Of a stretch of DNA of 64,000 bases, positions 1 to 9,537 are shown piece by piece. The notes beneath the pieces were generated by a model, which saw nothing but the letters and a program-made list of their open reading frames with translations, searched no databases and was not told the DNA's origin. Within the stretch, counting starts at the first letter, position 1. Each line of letters opens with the position of its first letter. The position numbers and the translations under genes are program-made. The DNA comes from Bacteroidota bacterium (GTDB lineage Bacteria > Bacteroidota > Bacteroidia > 2-12-FULL-35-15): assembly GCA_947466965.1 (NCBI GenBank), contig CANIFU010000004.1, positions 10,885 to 74,884 on the forward strand. The letters are read 5' to 3'.

Positions 1-20
1 AACTTTCCAACTTTAAACTT

Positions 21-1472
21 TTATCCTACTGATCCTTCAAGCGATACTGCCAATAATTTTTGTGCTTCAACAGCAAACTCCATTGGTAATTTATTTAATA
101 CTTCCTTGCAATATCCGTTAACGATCAAACCGATTGCCTTCTCATTATCGATACCCCGTGATTTACAATAAAACAATTGATCTTCACCAATTTTTGAAGT
201 AGTAGCCTCATGTTCTACGATAGCCGACTTATCTTTTATTTCGATATATGGAAACGTATGTGCGCCACATTTGTCACCCATCAACAAACTATCGCATTGC
301 GAAAAGTTACGCGCGTTGCTCGCTCCTTTTGCGATTCGCACCAATCCTCTATAACTATTATTACTAAAGCCTGCCGAAATACCTTTTGAAATAATTGTGC
401 TTCTTGTATTTTTTCCAAGGTGCATCATTTTAGTTCCTGTATCAGCTTGCTGATAATTATTTGTTACAGCAACTGAATAAAATTCACCGACAGAATTATC
501 TCCTTTTAAAATTACGGAAGGGTACTTCCAAGTAACAGCAGAGCCCGTCTCAACCTGTGTCCATGAAATCTTTGAATTATCTTCTAAACAAATTCCACGC
601 TTGGTAACAAAATTGAATATCCCACCTTTGCCATTTTTATCACCTGGATACCAGTTTTGAACAGTACTGTATTTTACTTCTGCATTTTTGTGTGTTACAA
701 TTTCTACCACAGCTGCATGTAATTGATTTTCGTCTCGCATCGGGGCCGTACATCCTTCCAGATAACTCACATACGCATCGGCATCGGCAATAATCAGTGT
801 GCGTTCAAATTGTCCGGTACCTGAAGCATTTATTCTGAAATAAGTTGAAAGCTCCATCGGGCAGCGAACACCTTTAGGTATATAACAAAATGACCCATCC
901 GTAAAAACGGCTGAATTCAATGCTGCATAAAAATTATCCGTATAAGGAACTACAGATCCCATATATTTTTTTATCAGCTCCGGGTGCTCCTGAACGGCTT
1001 CTCCGAAGGAACAAAAAATGATTCCTTTTTCAGATAGCGTTTCTTTGAAAGTTGTTTTCACAGAAACGCTATCCATCACAATATCAACAGCAATACGACT
1101 CTCAACACCACTTAATCGTTTTTGTTCTTCAATAGAAATACCAAGCTTTTCAAAGGTTTTTAATAATTCAGGATCCACCTCATCCAAGCTATTTAATTGC
1201 ACTTTTGGTTTAGGTGCTGAATAATAAATAATGTCTTGAAAGTTCGGCTTTTCATAAGATACATGCGCCCAAAGAGGCTCTTCCAATGTTAGCCAGTAGC
1301 GGAATGCTTTCATCCGGTATTCCAACATCCATTCCGGTTCATTCTTTTTCTTAGAAATAAAACGGATAATATCCTCATTTAAACCTTTTGGTGCATTGTC
1401 TGCTTCAATATCGGTTACAAAACCGTACTTATATTCCCCGCCTATTTGTTCTTCTAAAATTTCGTTTGCCAT
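21..1472 (-). CDS. sufB: Fe-S cluster assembly protein SufB
   Basis: 483 aa. The full-length protein has the typical SufB/SufD family sequence, including the conserved C-terminal region. An IscA/SufA-like gene lies adjacent. Confidence 0.88.
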   Translation of the reverse strand: MANEILEEQIGGEYKYGFVTDIEADNAPKGLNEDIIRFISKKKNEPEWMLEYRMKAFRYWLTLEEPLWAHVSYEKPNFQDIIYYSAPKPKVQLNSLDEVDPELLKTFEKLGISIEEQKRLSGVESRIAVDIVMDSVSVKTTFKETLSEKGIIFCSFGEAVQEHPELIKKYMGSVVPYTDNFYAALNSAVFTDGSFCYIPKGVRCPMELSTYFRINASGTGQFERTLIIADADAYVSYLEGCTAPMRDENQLHAAVVEIVTHKNAEVKYSTVQNWYPGDKNGKGGIFNFVTKRGICLEDNSKISWTQVETGSAVTWKYPSVILKGDNSVGEFYSVAVTNNYQQADTGTKMMHLGKNTRSTIISKGISAGFSNNSYRGLVRIAKGASNARNFSQCDSLLMGDKCGAHTFPYIEIKDKSAIVEHEATTSKIGEDQLFYCKSRGIDNEKAIGLIVNGYCKEVLNKLPMEFAVEAQKLLAVSLEGSVG

Positions 1473-1565
1473 ACTATTTAGTTTAAGGTTGAACCGCTTA
1501 ATTCATGTTAGTTGAAACGTCCATAAATAAAACAATCCTAACTTTTTAACTTTCTAAATTAAACT

Positions 1566-1892
1566 TTAAACTGAAAAAGATTCACCACAACCACATGTTC
1601 TGCTTGCATTCGGATTATTAAACACAAACCCTTTTCCATTTAATCCACCGGTATAATCTAATTCTGTTCCGATCAGATAAAGAAAACTTTTTTTATCAAC
1701 TGCGATTTTAATGCCTTTGTCTTCAAAAACCTGATCTCCCTCTTTAAACTGATCATCAAATTCAAGTTTATAGGAAAGTCCGGAACATCCACCACCATCA
1801 ACACCTACACGTATAAATGTGTTTTCCGAACGATTTTCGTTTTTTATTAAATTTAATGCGTGCTGTTTTGCATTTTCTGAAACTGTTATCAT
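1566..1892 (-). CDS. Iron-sulfur cluster insertion/assembly accessory protein (IscA/SufA/ErpA, HesB family)
   Basis: 108 aa. It carries the HesB-type motif ...VDGGGCSGLSY... and a C-terminal CGCGESF cysteine pair. It is co-directional with sufB. Confidence 0.75.
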   Translation of the reverse strand: MITVSENAKQHALNLIKNENRSENTFIRVGVDGGGCSGLSYKLEFDDQFKEGDQVFEDKGIKIAVDKKSFLYLIGTELDYTGGLNGKGFVFNNPNASRTCGCGESFSV

Positions 1893-2093
1893 TTTTATAT
1901 ATTTGGAAATGAATTACTTAACCCTTATTCTTATTTAGATTTAATCTAATCTTGCTGCAAAAATACCTAAAATTAGGTGCTCAAACAAGAAATCGTAATT
2001 AATTATTTAAAGCAGTAATAAAGGGCCATGTGCTGATTACTTTTTCTATTTTTGGTAAATAAAATTTTTATAGAAAACAACAGCTGAATATCG

Positions 2094-3890
2094 ATGATGG
2101 CAAATCAAAAAAATAAAGTTGAATTACAAGGTGATCCTTTCAAAAAAAATCTTTTCATCTCAATTTCGATAGTTGCCGTAATTATCAGCATTATCTATTC
2201 CTATAAACTGAAATGGTTGGGGGATGATATTTTTATAGCTTTCAGATATGTGCAGAATATATTGGATGGCAATGGATTTGTTTACAACAAAGGAGAACAC
2301 GTGGAAGGGTATACGCACTTTTTGTGGCTCATCATGGTTAGCTTTCTCGCCTGGCTAAAATTCAGTCCATTAATAACAACACAAGTCCTCGGCATTCTTT
2401 CCTCCATTGGAACACTCATTATTTTTTCTGTTATCGGATATAAAATTTCTAAACGTAACAACTTTTTTATCCTTCCATTTATAACAATAGCACTTGCATT
2501 AAACTATGATTACAATGTTTGGGCTACCAGCGGTCTAGAAACCGCTTTCTTTAGCTTCCTGCTGTGCTGTGCTTTTTACACGTTCTTTTTCTCAACGTTT
2601 GAAGGAAATAAAAAATTTATTTTTACCGGTTTATATTTTTGTCTGGCTTTAATGACCAGACCGGATACACTTCTTATCCTATTTCTTGCAAATGTATTCT
2701 TCGCATTTAATCTATTATTTAACAGCGTAAAAATCTCAAGAGTAATTTCCAGTTTACTTTTTTTAAATCTTGCTATTATCCTCATTTACATTCCGTATTT
2801 TATTTGGCGATATAATTACTTCGGTTTCATTTTTCCAAATACCTACTATGATAAACTGGGCAGTGAAACACTTTTCAGTAAAGGATTTTATTATATCTGG
2901 CTATATTTTAAACCGCACTTCACCTCGTTCCTGATTATACTTCTTCCTCCTTTTATTTTATTGCCTTTTTTTAAAGGGAATTTTTTTTCAAACCTAAAAG
3001 CTTACCTTTCCGACAATTGGAATGCCGCCTTCCTTGTTTCAGTTTTCATGGTTTATGCATATCTGATTGTTTTCGTTGCAAAAGTAGGTGGCGATTTTAT
3101 GCATGCTCGCTTTATCATCCCAATCGCTCCTTTTATTTATTTTATAATTTATTATTCTTTAATAAAATTAACTTCAAAGAAAAATCTGAACGTGATCTTT
3201 ACTGTTATAATATTAGTCAGTTTTATCGAAACAAAGATTCGTTTTGAAGTATTTAAAGCAGCGGATAAAAATGGAAAGATTATAACAACACTTAACCGAG
3301 ATGTGGCTGATGAACGCTGGGCATACACAACCTATCTTCCTATAGAAAATGACATTAAACTTGGTAAAGCGCTTCGACGAACATTCCAAGGTATCGATGC
3401 TAAAATGCTAGTTCGTGGAGGACAAGCTTGCCTTGGCTATTTCGCAAATTTCAATTATGCACAAGAATACCACGGCTTAACGGATACCCTCATCGCGCAT
3501 TCGAAAGTTCCTCAAAGAGGAAGAATTGGTCACGAGAAACACGCAACCTATGAATACCTTCAGAATAAAGGAATACACTTTATTTTTAATAGAAGTGCCA
3601 TTTCAAAAGATCAATACAAATATGCTCAGATGGATGTGTTGCCTTATCAGGTAAGGGTTGAAATAATTACATACGACAACAAAATTATTTCTCAATTAAA
3701 AGAACGATTAGGTGCTGGTTTTAAATATACCGATTTCCAAATGTATTTAGATAACTACATTCAAACGAAATTGCTTTCGGCTACTAAAGCTGAAGTTCAA
3801 AAAGATTACAACGACTTTTATCTCTATTATTTCAAACACAACGATGATAAATTAAGAGATAATAAATTTTTAAGTGCATTAAATAATTAA
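2094..3890 (+). CDS. GT-C fold membrane glycosyltransferase (polyprenyl-phosphate-sugar dependent, arabinosyl/mannosyltransferase-like)
   Basis: 598 aa. About 12 predicted TM helices in the N-terminal ~380 aa are followed by a ~200 aa soluble C-terminal domain, which is the GT-C topology. The first loop has an acidic motif (LGDDIFIAFRY). It is the first gene of a tight operon with a GtrB-like synthase. Confidence 0.5.
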   Translation: MMANQKNKVELQGDPFKKNLFISISIVAVIISIIYSYKLKWLGDDIFIAFRYVQNILDGNGFVYNKGEHVEGYTHFLWLIMVSFLAWLKFSPLITTQVLGILSSIGTLIIFSVIGYKISKRNNFFILPFITIALALNYDYNVWATSGLETAFFSFLLCCAFYTFFFSTFEGNKKFIFTGLYFCLALMTRPDTLLILFLANVFFAFNLLFNSVKISRVISSLLFLNLAIILIYIPYFIWRYNYFGFIFPNTYYDKLGSETLFSKGFYYIWLYFKPHFTSFLIILLPPFILLPFFKGNFFSNLKAYLSDNWNAAFLVSVFMVYAYLIVFVAKVGGDFMHARFIIPIAPFIYFIIYYSLIKLTSKKNLNVIFTVIILVSFIETKIRFEVFKAADKNGKIITTLNRDVADERWAYTTYLPIENDIKLGKALRRTFQGIDAKMLVRGGQACLGYFANFNYAQEYHGLTDTLIAHSKVPQRGRIGHEKHATYEYLQNKGIHFIFNRSAISKDQYKYAQMDVLPYQVRVEIITYDNKIISQLKERLGAGFKYTDFQMYLDNYIQTKLLSATKAEVQKDYNDFYLYYFKHNDDKLRDNKFLSALNN

Positions 3891-3901
3891 AATTATAAAA
3901 G

Positions 3902-4636
3902 ATGTTTTATTATAAAAAGTGGGCAATTGTTATTCCGATGGCCAATGAAGAACAGGATTTCATCCCCTTTATTGAAATGTTAAACTTCGTTATTGACGAA
4001 TTGAACCCTGGAAATGTTTACTTTGTTATTGACAAAGCTTCGAACGACAGAACATTGGAACTTTGTGAGGAGCTATCTGCAAAAGACTCCAGATACATTA
4101 CTGTGTGGGCTCCCGAAAACAAAAATGTAGTTGATGCTTATGTTCGTGGATTGCGAGCAGCATTTGAAGCCGGACATGATATCATTATTGAAATGGATGC
4201 AGGATTATCTCATGACCCAAGAGCAATTCCGATGTTCTTACGTGTATTGAATGAAGGAAACGAATGCGCCTTCGGAAGCCGCTTTATAAATGGTGGCTCC
4301 ATGGGTGATTCTCCTTTTAAAAGAAGAATGCTTTCTAAAACGGGAACTGTTTTAGCCAACATATTACTTGGTACAAAATTGCGCGATATGACTTCAGGTT
4401 ATCAAGGTTTTCATCGTGATGTGGTTGGAAAGATCATCCACCACGAATTTAAATCGAAAGCACATTTTTATCAAACCGAATTGCGTTATCTGTTGAGAAA
4501 ACACAGAACTGTTGAAGTTCCTATTCATTATCAAGCTCCTTCACCTCGTGTTTCTAAAAATGCAATAAAGAATGCCTATCAAACTTTATTTTACTATTTC
4601 TTTTTACGATTGACATCAAAATCTAAGGAACTTTAA
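3902..4636 (+). CDS. GT2 polyprenyl-phosphate sugar synthase (GtrB/ArnC/DPM1-like)
   Basis: 244 aa. The N-terminus (VIPMANEE) and the catalytic motif (IIIEMDAGLSHDP) are typical of the DPM1/GtrB family. There is no long TM domain. It sits between a GT-C gene and SDR genes. Confidence 0.65.
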   Translation: MFYYKKWAIVIPMANEEQDFIPFIEMLNFVIDELNPGNVYFVIDKASNDRTLELCEELSAKDSRYITVWAPENKNVVDAYVRGLRAAFEAGHDIIIEMDAGLSHDPRAIPMFLRVLNEGNECAFGSRFINGGSMGDSPFKRRMLSKTGTVLANILLGTKLRDMTSGYQGFHRDVVGKIIHHEFKSKAHFYQTELRYLLRKHRTVEVPIHYQAPSPRVSKNAIKNAYQTLFYYFFLRLTSKSKEL

Positions 4637-4641
4637 GTTAA

Positions 4642-6672
4642 ATGCATAAACGAGTTGTTGTTACCGGTGCATCCGGTCATATTGGTTATCATGTTGCATT
4701 GCAATTGCTTGAATTAGGCTTCGATACCACTTTACTTTTCAGAAAAGAAAATCAAAACATTCTGGATCTGAAAATAAAAGGTGCTAACGTGCATGTGGCA
4801 AATTTACTTTCTCCAGATTCCTATCGTTCCCTTCTGGAGAATTGCGATGCCTTGTTTCACATTGCTTCCGAAAACACAACAGATACTAGCGATGAAAAAA
4901 GAGTTATTGCAAACACCTTCGAACTTTCTAAAATTGTAATAGAGACTGCAATCAGTAAAAATGTCAAAACAATTATTTACACGAGTTCTGTTGTAGTCCT
5001 GGGCCGTTCCTCTATACAGTCGGTACTTATCAATGAAAACGACAAAGCAACATTTTTAGAAAGTCCGTATGTAAAAGGAAAGTATTTAGCTGAAGCATAT
5101 TGTGATTCTATCATCAGAGAAAAGAAAGTAGACATCCGAAGACTCTACCCTTCATGGGTTGTTGGCGACAATGATCTGAAGCTAACTCCACCGCACAAGA
5201 TCATCAAGGATTATTTTCAAAAAGGACAAGCTTTTTATTTTACTGGAGGAATTTCTATCGCTTCGGTTCACGAAGTCGCAAAAGCGCACATCAACGCATG
5301 GCTCATAGGACAAGCGAATGAGAAATACATTGTTGCAGGCAATAATATTACTTTCAAAGATTTTTATACAACACTTTCAACATATTGCGGACACAAACCT
5401 CCTTCTATTTTTATTCCCAAATGGATGATCTATTGTGGCGCCATTACTGCTAAAATAATACTTGGCAAAAAAAGTCCAGTTGACCCTAAATACATCAAAA
5501 CAGTTATCGGAAACTACAGTTGGTATGATTCACAAAAAGCTATTAGAGAATTGAATTATTCTATTACTCCTACCGATGAACTAATTTCAAATGCAATAGT
5601 TAATACCAAGAAAAAAACACTCGGGTTGTTAAAACTTAATGAGAAAAATAATTACCAATTACAAAAACTGCAATACGAACCCAATGATGTACTTTTAATC
5701 ACAGGCTTTCCCGGCTGGCTTGGAAACAGGATGGTGGATGTATTAATGAACGGAGATCGTTTCGGGAATTATGCGGTAAACAGAAAAGTAAAACTACTTG
5801 TACAACCTAAATTTAAAGGGTTAATCAATTTGCCGTCAACTTTCGAAATTGTGTATGGTGATGTATTCGACATTGAAAGTTTAAAAATTGCCCTAGAAAA
5901 TGTTACTTCTGTTTACCATTTGGCTGGAGTTATATACCCAAAAAGCATTAAAACATTTAATGAAATTAATTTTATAGGCACAAAATACATTGTTGATGTA
6001 TGCATAGAAAAAGGAATCCGAAGAATTCTTTTCATGGGTACAGATAGCATTTGTGGGTTTGGAAGTAAGAAAAGGATTTTTGATGAAAACACGCAAGCGA
6101 ATCCCTACAAAAATTATGGAGGATCAAAATACCTAGCAGAAAAATATATTCTAGACAAAACAGCGGAAGGATTAATTGATGGTACTTCACTCAGAGGGTT
6201 TTGGTTCTTTGGTCCTTTTATGCCCGACAGAAACAAAAACTTTTTCAATATGTTTTATTGGAAAAAACAAATAGTATTCGGAAATGGTAAAAATTTCAGG
6301 AGTATTTCACATGTCGACAATATCATTCAAGCATTTTTAAAAGCAGAAAAAAGTAAAAAAACCTTTGGCAAATGGTATTGGATAGGCGATAAAAAAGCAA
6401 ACCACACTGTTGATGAAATATACAATTATATAGCTGCCGGACTTGGAGTGAAATTTAATCCAATATATATTCCAAGATGGATGTGCGAATTATTTAGTAT
6501 ACTTGACAGCTTTTTAGGTCTCTTCGGAAAAATAAATGCAACAATACATGCAGCAGGAAAATTTCATAAAGATATTGCAGGAGAAATTAGTGCAGCAGAA
6601 AAAGATTTTGATTACAAACCAGATGTTGGTTTTGAAGAAATAAAAAAAGAGTTGAACCAATTTATAAATTAA
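4642..6672 (+). CDS. Fusion of two NAD(P)-dependent epimerase/dehydratase (extended SDR) domains
   Basis: 676 aa. Domain 1 has VVTGASGHIGYHV plus YVKGK (YxxxK). Domain 2 has LITGFPGWLGNRMVD plus YGGSK (YxxxK). These are two complete Rossmann SDR modules in one polypeptide. Confidence 0.7.
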   Translation: MHKRVVVTGASGHIGYHVALQLLELGFDTTLLFRKENQNILDLKIKGANVHVANLLSPDSYRSLLENCDALFHIASENTTDTSDEKRVIANTFELSKIVIETAISKNVKTIIYTSSVVVLGRSSIQSVLINENDKATFLESPYVKGKYLAEAYCDSIIREKKVDIRRLYPSWVVGDNDLKLTPPHKIIKDYFQKGQAFYFTGGISIASVHEVAKAHINAWLIGQANEKYIVAGNNITFKDFYTTLSTYCGHKPPSIFIPKWMIYCGAITAKIILGKKSPVDPKYIKTVIGNYSWYDSQKAIRELNYSITPTDELISNAIVNTKKKTLGLLKLNEKNNYQLQKLQYEPNDVLLITGFPGWLGNRMVDVLMNGDRFGNYAVNRKVKLLVQPKFKGLINLPSTFEIVYGDVFDIESLKIALENVTSVYHLAGVIYPKSIKTFNEINFIGTKYIVDVCIEKGIRRILFMGTDSICGFGSKKRIFDENTQANPYKNYGGSKYLAEKYILDKTAEGLIDGTSLRGFWFFGPFMPDRNKNFFNMFYWKKQIVFGNGKNFRSISHVDNIIQAFLKAEKSKKTFGKWYWIGDKKANHTVDEIYNYIAAGLGVKFNPIYIPRWMCELFSILDSFLGLFGKINATIHAAGKFHKDIAGEISAAEKDFDYKPDVGFEEIKKELNQFIN

Positions 6673-6673
6673 T

Positions 6674-7681
6674 ATGTCAGCAAAAAAAACATTGATCATC
6701 ACCTCAATCGCAGATGATAAACATCCTATCCTTAAACAGTTTGCAAAAGAATGTAAGGAACGTAATTTCGATTACATTGTAATTGGTGATACCAAATCTC
6801 CATCTGCATTTAATATGGAAGGGTGCGACTATTGGAGCGTTGACCGTCAGTTAACACTCCCCTTTGAATTAGCTAAAATTACTCCTACACGCCATTATTC
6901 TCGAAAAAATCTCGGATACCTATTAGCTATTAGAAATGGTGCGGAAGAATTAGTTGAGACGGATGATGATAATATACCAAGAGCCGAATTCTGGACAGAA
7001 AAAATCAGAGAAGTAAAAAGTTATGCATTTGATAATGCTGGTTGGGTAAATGTATACCACTACTTTACAAAAAACATGATTTGGCCTCGTGGATTTCCAT
7101 TGGAAGAATTGCAAAACAAACAAATTGAACTTTCAACTTTAAAAAATATAACCGTCAATTGTCCGATCCAACAGGGGCTTGCAGATGAAAATCCGGATGT
7201 GGATGCCGTTTATCGACTGACCTATCCTTTACCGATAAATTTTGAAATAAAAGAAAGGTTGGCACTTGGTAAAAATGCATGGAGTCCGTTCAACAGCCAA
7301 AATACATATTGGTTCAAAGAAGCATTTGCATTAATGTATCTTCCTTCTTATTGCAGTTTCAGAATGACTGATATATGGAGAAGTTATGTTGCTCAACGCA
7401 TTGCCTGGGAATGTGGTTGGAGTATTTTATATCACGAACCAACTGTATGGCAGGAACGTAACGCGCACAACCTAATGAAAGACTTTGAAGATGAGATTCC
7501 GGGATACTCTAATAATTTTAATATCTGCAAAGAATTGCAGGAACTTTCCTTAAAACCGGGTAAAGAAAATATTTCTGAAAACCTTATTACATGCTATCAA
7601 AAGTTAGTTGATATTAATGTTATTGGTAAAGAAGAAATGATCTTGCTGAACGCATGGATCAGCGATTTGTCTAAATTATAA
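6674..7681 (+). CDS. Hypothetical protein, possibly a DUF288/STELLO-like nucleotide-sugar transferase
   Basis: 335 aa. Its start lies 1 bp after the upstream stop, indicating operon coupling. The N-terminal pattern TSIADD...YIVIGDTKSP resembles DUF288-type putative glycosyltransferases. I recognise this only weakly. Confidence 0.4.
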   Translation: MSAKKTLIITSIADDKHPILKQFAKECKERNFDYIVIGDTKSPSAFNMEGCDYWSVDRQLTLPFELAKITPTRHYSRKNLGYLLAIRNGAEELVETDDDNIPRAEFWTEKIREVKSYAFDNAGWVNVYHYFTKNMIWPRGFPLEELQNKQIELSTLKNITVNCPIQQGLADENPDVDAVYRLTYPLPINFEIKERLALGKNAWSPFNSQNTYWFKEAFALMYLPSYCSFRMTDIWRSYVAQRIAWECGWSILYHEPTVWQERNAHNLMKDFEDEIPGYSNNFNICKELQELSLKPGKENISENLITCYQKLVDINVIGKEEMILLNAWISDLSKL

Positions 7682-7725
7682 AAAGAGAATTAATAAGGGA
7701 GATCCGTTACCAATTGAACCTTCAA

Positions 7726-9408
7726 TTAATAACGGATTTCGTACAACTCACATTTTTCTAATTTACCGATTGTTTTTACCAATCGAATCTTCTGGGGATA
7801 TTTCTGGTAAACAGGTCCGATCATTCGATGGATCGTATTGATTATTCTTCCGTTATTCTTTTTAGGATTCATGCGCAAATTTCCCAATATTACATATTGC
7901 ACATTTTGCTTTTTCCAATTCATCAAAACGGTATCTGCATCCATAGATGTAACCATGTATTGTCCAACAAACTTCTTACCATTTCCATAAAGGAAAGACA
8001 TGGATGGTTTTCTTGAAAGAACATTTACACTATCAGGCAAACTATCCGCACAATATTTACTCATTTTTAAAAAATTCTCCCAATCAGGTGAATAACCGAA
8101 ATAAATATCGCCACTCAAATTTTTCTTAAACGCCTTTACATTTTCTTTTTGAATAGATGTTCCGATTGTTCTGAGCAACATAAAACCTGCGAAGAGAATA
8201 AAGATAATCTGTAAGCCGGAATATTTTTTTCCTAACTCGTAGAATCCAAAAAAAAACAAAAGGAAGATATAGGGAATCACAATTATAATCAAACGGTCCT
8301 GCATATTCGCAGCCTGAATGCCGAAGAAGATTCCACCACAAAGTACGATGAGGTAAACACTAGTAAAAAAAATAAATTTATTTTTTTTGTAACTCAAGAA
8401 TGTAAAGATTCCGATGATCAATGCTGAAATATAAGCCAATTGAGGAATGATACTCGTTAATTCATACGCCTCCCCTCTGAGTTTCATAATTCGATATATA
8501 TGCAAGGACATGTAAGTGTTAAAGTTGTTGAAAAAACGTTCAATCATACCAGCTAAATCTTCATACCCTGCTTCTTTTTTGTAAAGCTCTTTCCGCAAGA
8601 TCATTTCAAACTGATCGGAAGTTGATGGACCATAAATAGTTGTTATTATATATTGGTAAATCAAACGAATAAGAAAAAATGACACCAAAACAAGTACAAC
8701 CTGCTTCAAATTTTTATTTAACAAAAAATAAAAAACTACAGCAACAATCGCAACAATTGCAACACTTTTTGAGATACTTAACAACACAAACAACAAGCCA
8801 AATAACAGCCATTTTAAATAATTTTCTTTCAAATCATCTAATAATCCTTGACCCTCTTTAATACTATCTATAATTTTAAAAACAATATAAATACAAATGG
8901 ATTGCAGAAAAAGAAAATACGTTTCTGTAAAGGTCTGTCCAGAATAATATTGAATGTAATGATTAAATGAAATAAATGAGATTAGCGCAAATAAAACAGT
9001 AATAGGAATACGCTTCACAAATGTTTTATATGTAAACCAAACAAACCCGAACTGACACACAACCGAAAACATTTTAAGGGCAATCACATTCAACCCGAAT
9101 ATTTTAACTATCATCGATAAGATAATTGGATAACCAGGGCCTTGATAATAAGGGAATTTACCATCTTTTAGAAGCGACCAAGCTCTTTCAATATAGGAAG
9201 AATCATCACCGCCATCCGATACTTTTGCATCAAACAAGAGGAAAGAAAAAAGGGTTGAAAAAAATAAAAGGGAGTAAAATATTATTTTTTCATGCTTTTC
9301 GAACCATCTGTTGATTTTATCAAAAAGATCGGACCGTTCATTCATTTTGGAGGCAGGACTTTTTTCAAGAACGCTTGCTTTTACAACTTGTTTTTCTTTT
9401 TTCGACAT
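7726..9408 (-). CDS. GT-C fold membrane glycosyltransferase (ArnT/PMT family-like)
   Basis: 560 aa polytopic membrane protein. The first extracytoplasmic loop has the motif DGGDDSSYIERAW, like the DE/DD..Y motif of ArnT/PMT/GT39/GT83 enzymes. It is convergent with the upstream glycosylation operon. Confidence 0.55.
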   Translation of the reverse strand: MSKKEKQVVKASVLEKSPASKMNERSDLFDKINRWFEKHEKIIFYSLLFFSTLFSFLLFDAKVSDGGDDSSYIERAWSLLKDGKFPYYQGPGYPIILSMIVKIFGLNVIALKMFSVVCQFGFVWFTYKTFVKRIPITVLFALISFISFNHYIQYYSGQTFTETYFLFLQSICIYIVFKIIDSIKEGQGLLDDLKENYLKWLLFGLLFVLLSISKSVAIVAIVAVVFYFLLNKNLKQVVLVLVSFFLIRLIYQYIITTIYGPSTSDQFEMILRKELYKKEAGYEDLAGMIERFFNNFNTYMSLHIYRIMKLRGEAYELTSIIPQLAYISALIIGIFTFLSYKKNKFIFFTSVYLIVLCGGIFFGIQAANMQDRLIIIVIPYIFLLFFFGFYELGKKYSGLQIIFILFAGFMLLRTIGTSIQKENVKAFKKNLSGDIYFGYSPDWENFLKMSKYCADSLPDSVNVLSRKPSMSFLYGNGKKFVGQYMVTSMDADTVLMNWKKQNVQYVILGNLRMNPKKNNGRIINTIHRMIGPVYQKYPQKIRLVKTIGKLEKCELYEIRY

Positions 9409-9537
9409 TCGGTTTTCCGTATTTTAATATCCTAAAATTAATTAAAAAATAGATACATCAAAATAATACAATGAATAGATCGTTAACTTTTGTGGCATTC
9501 GCAGATAAGCCTTACTTTTGTGTTAAATAATAAAGAG

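Noticed and set aside
9490-9537. N-terminal 16-codon extension of thiL
   Set aside because: The sequence MWHSQISLTFVLNNKE is not conserved-looking. The homologous region begins at MLENTDRTELS.
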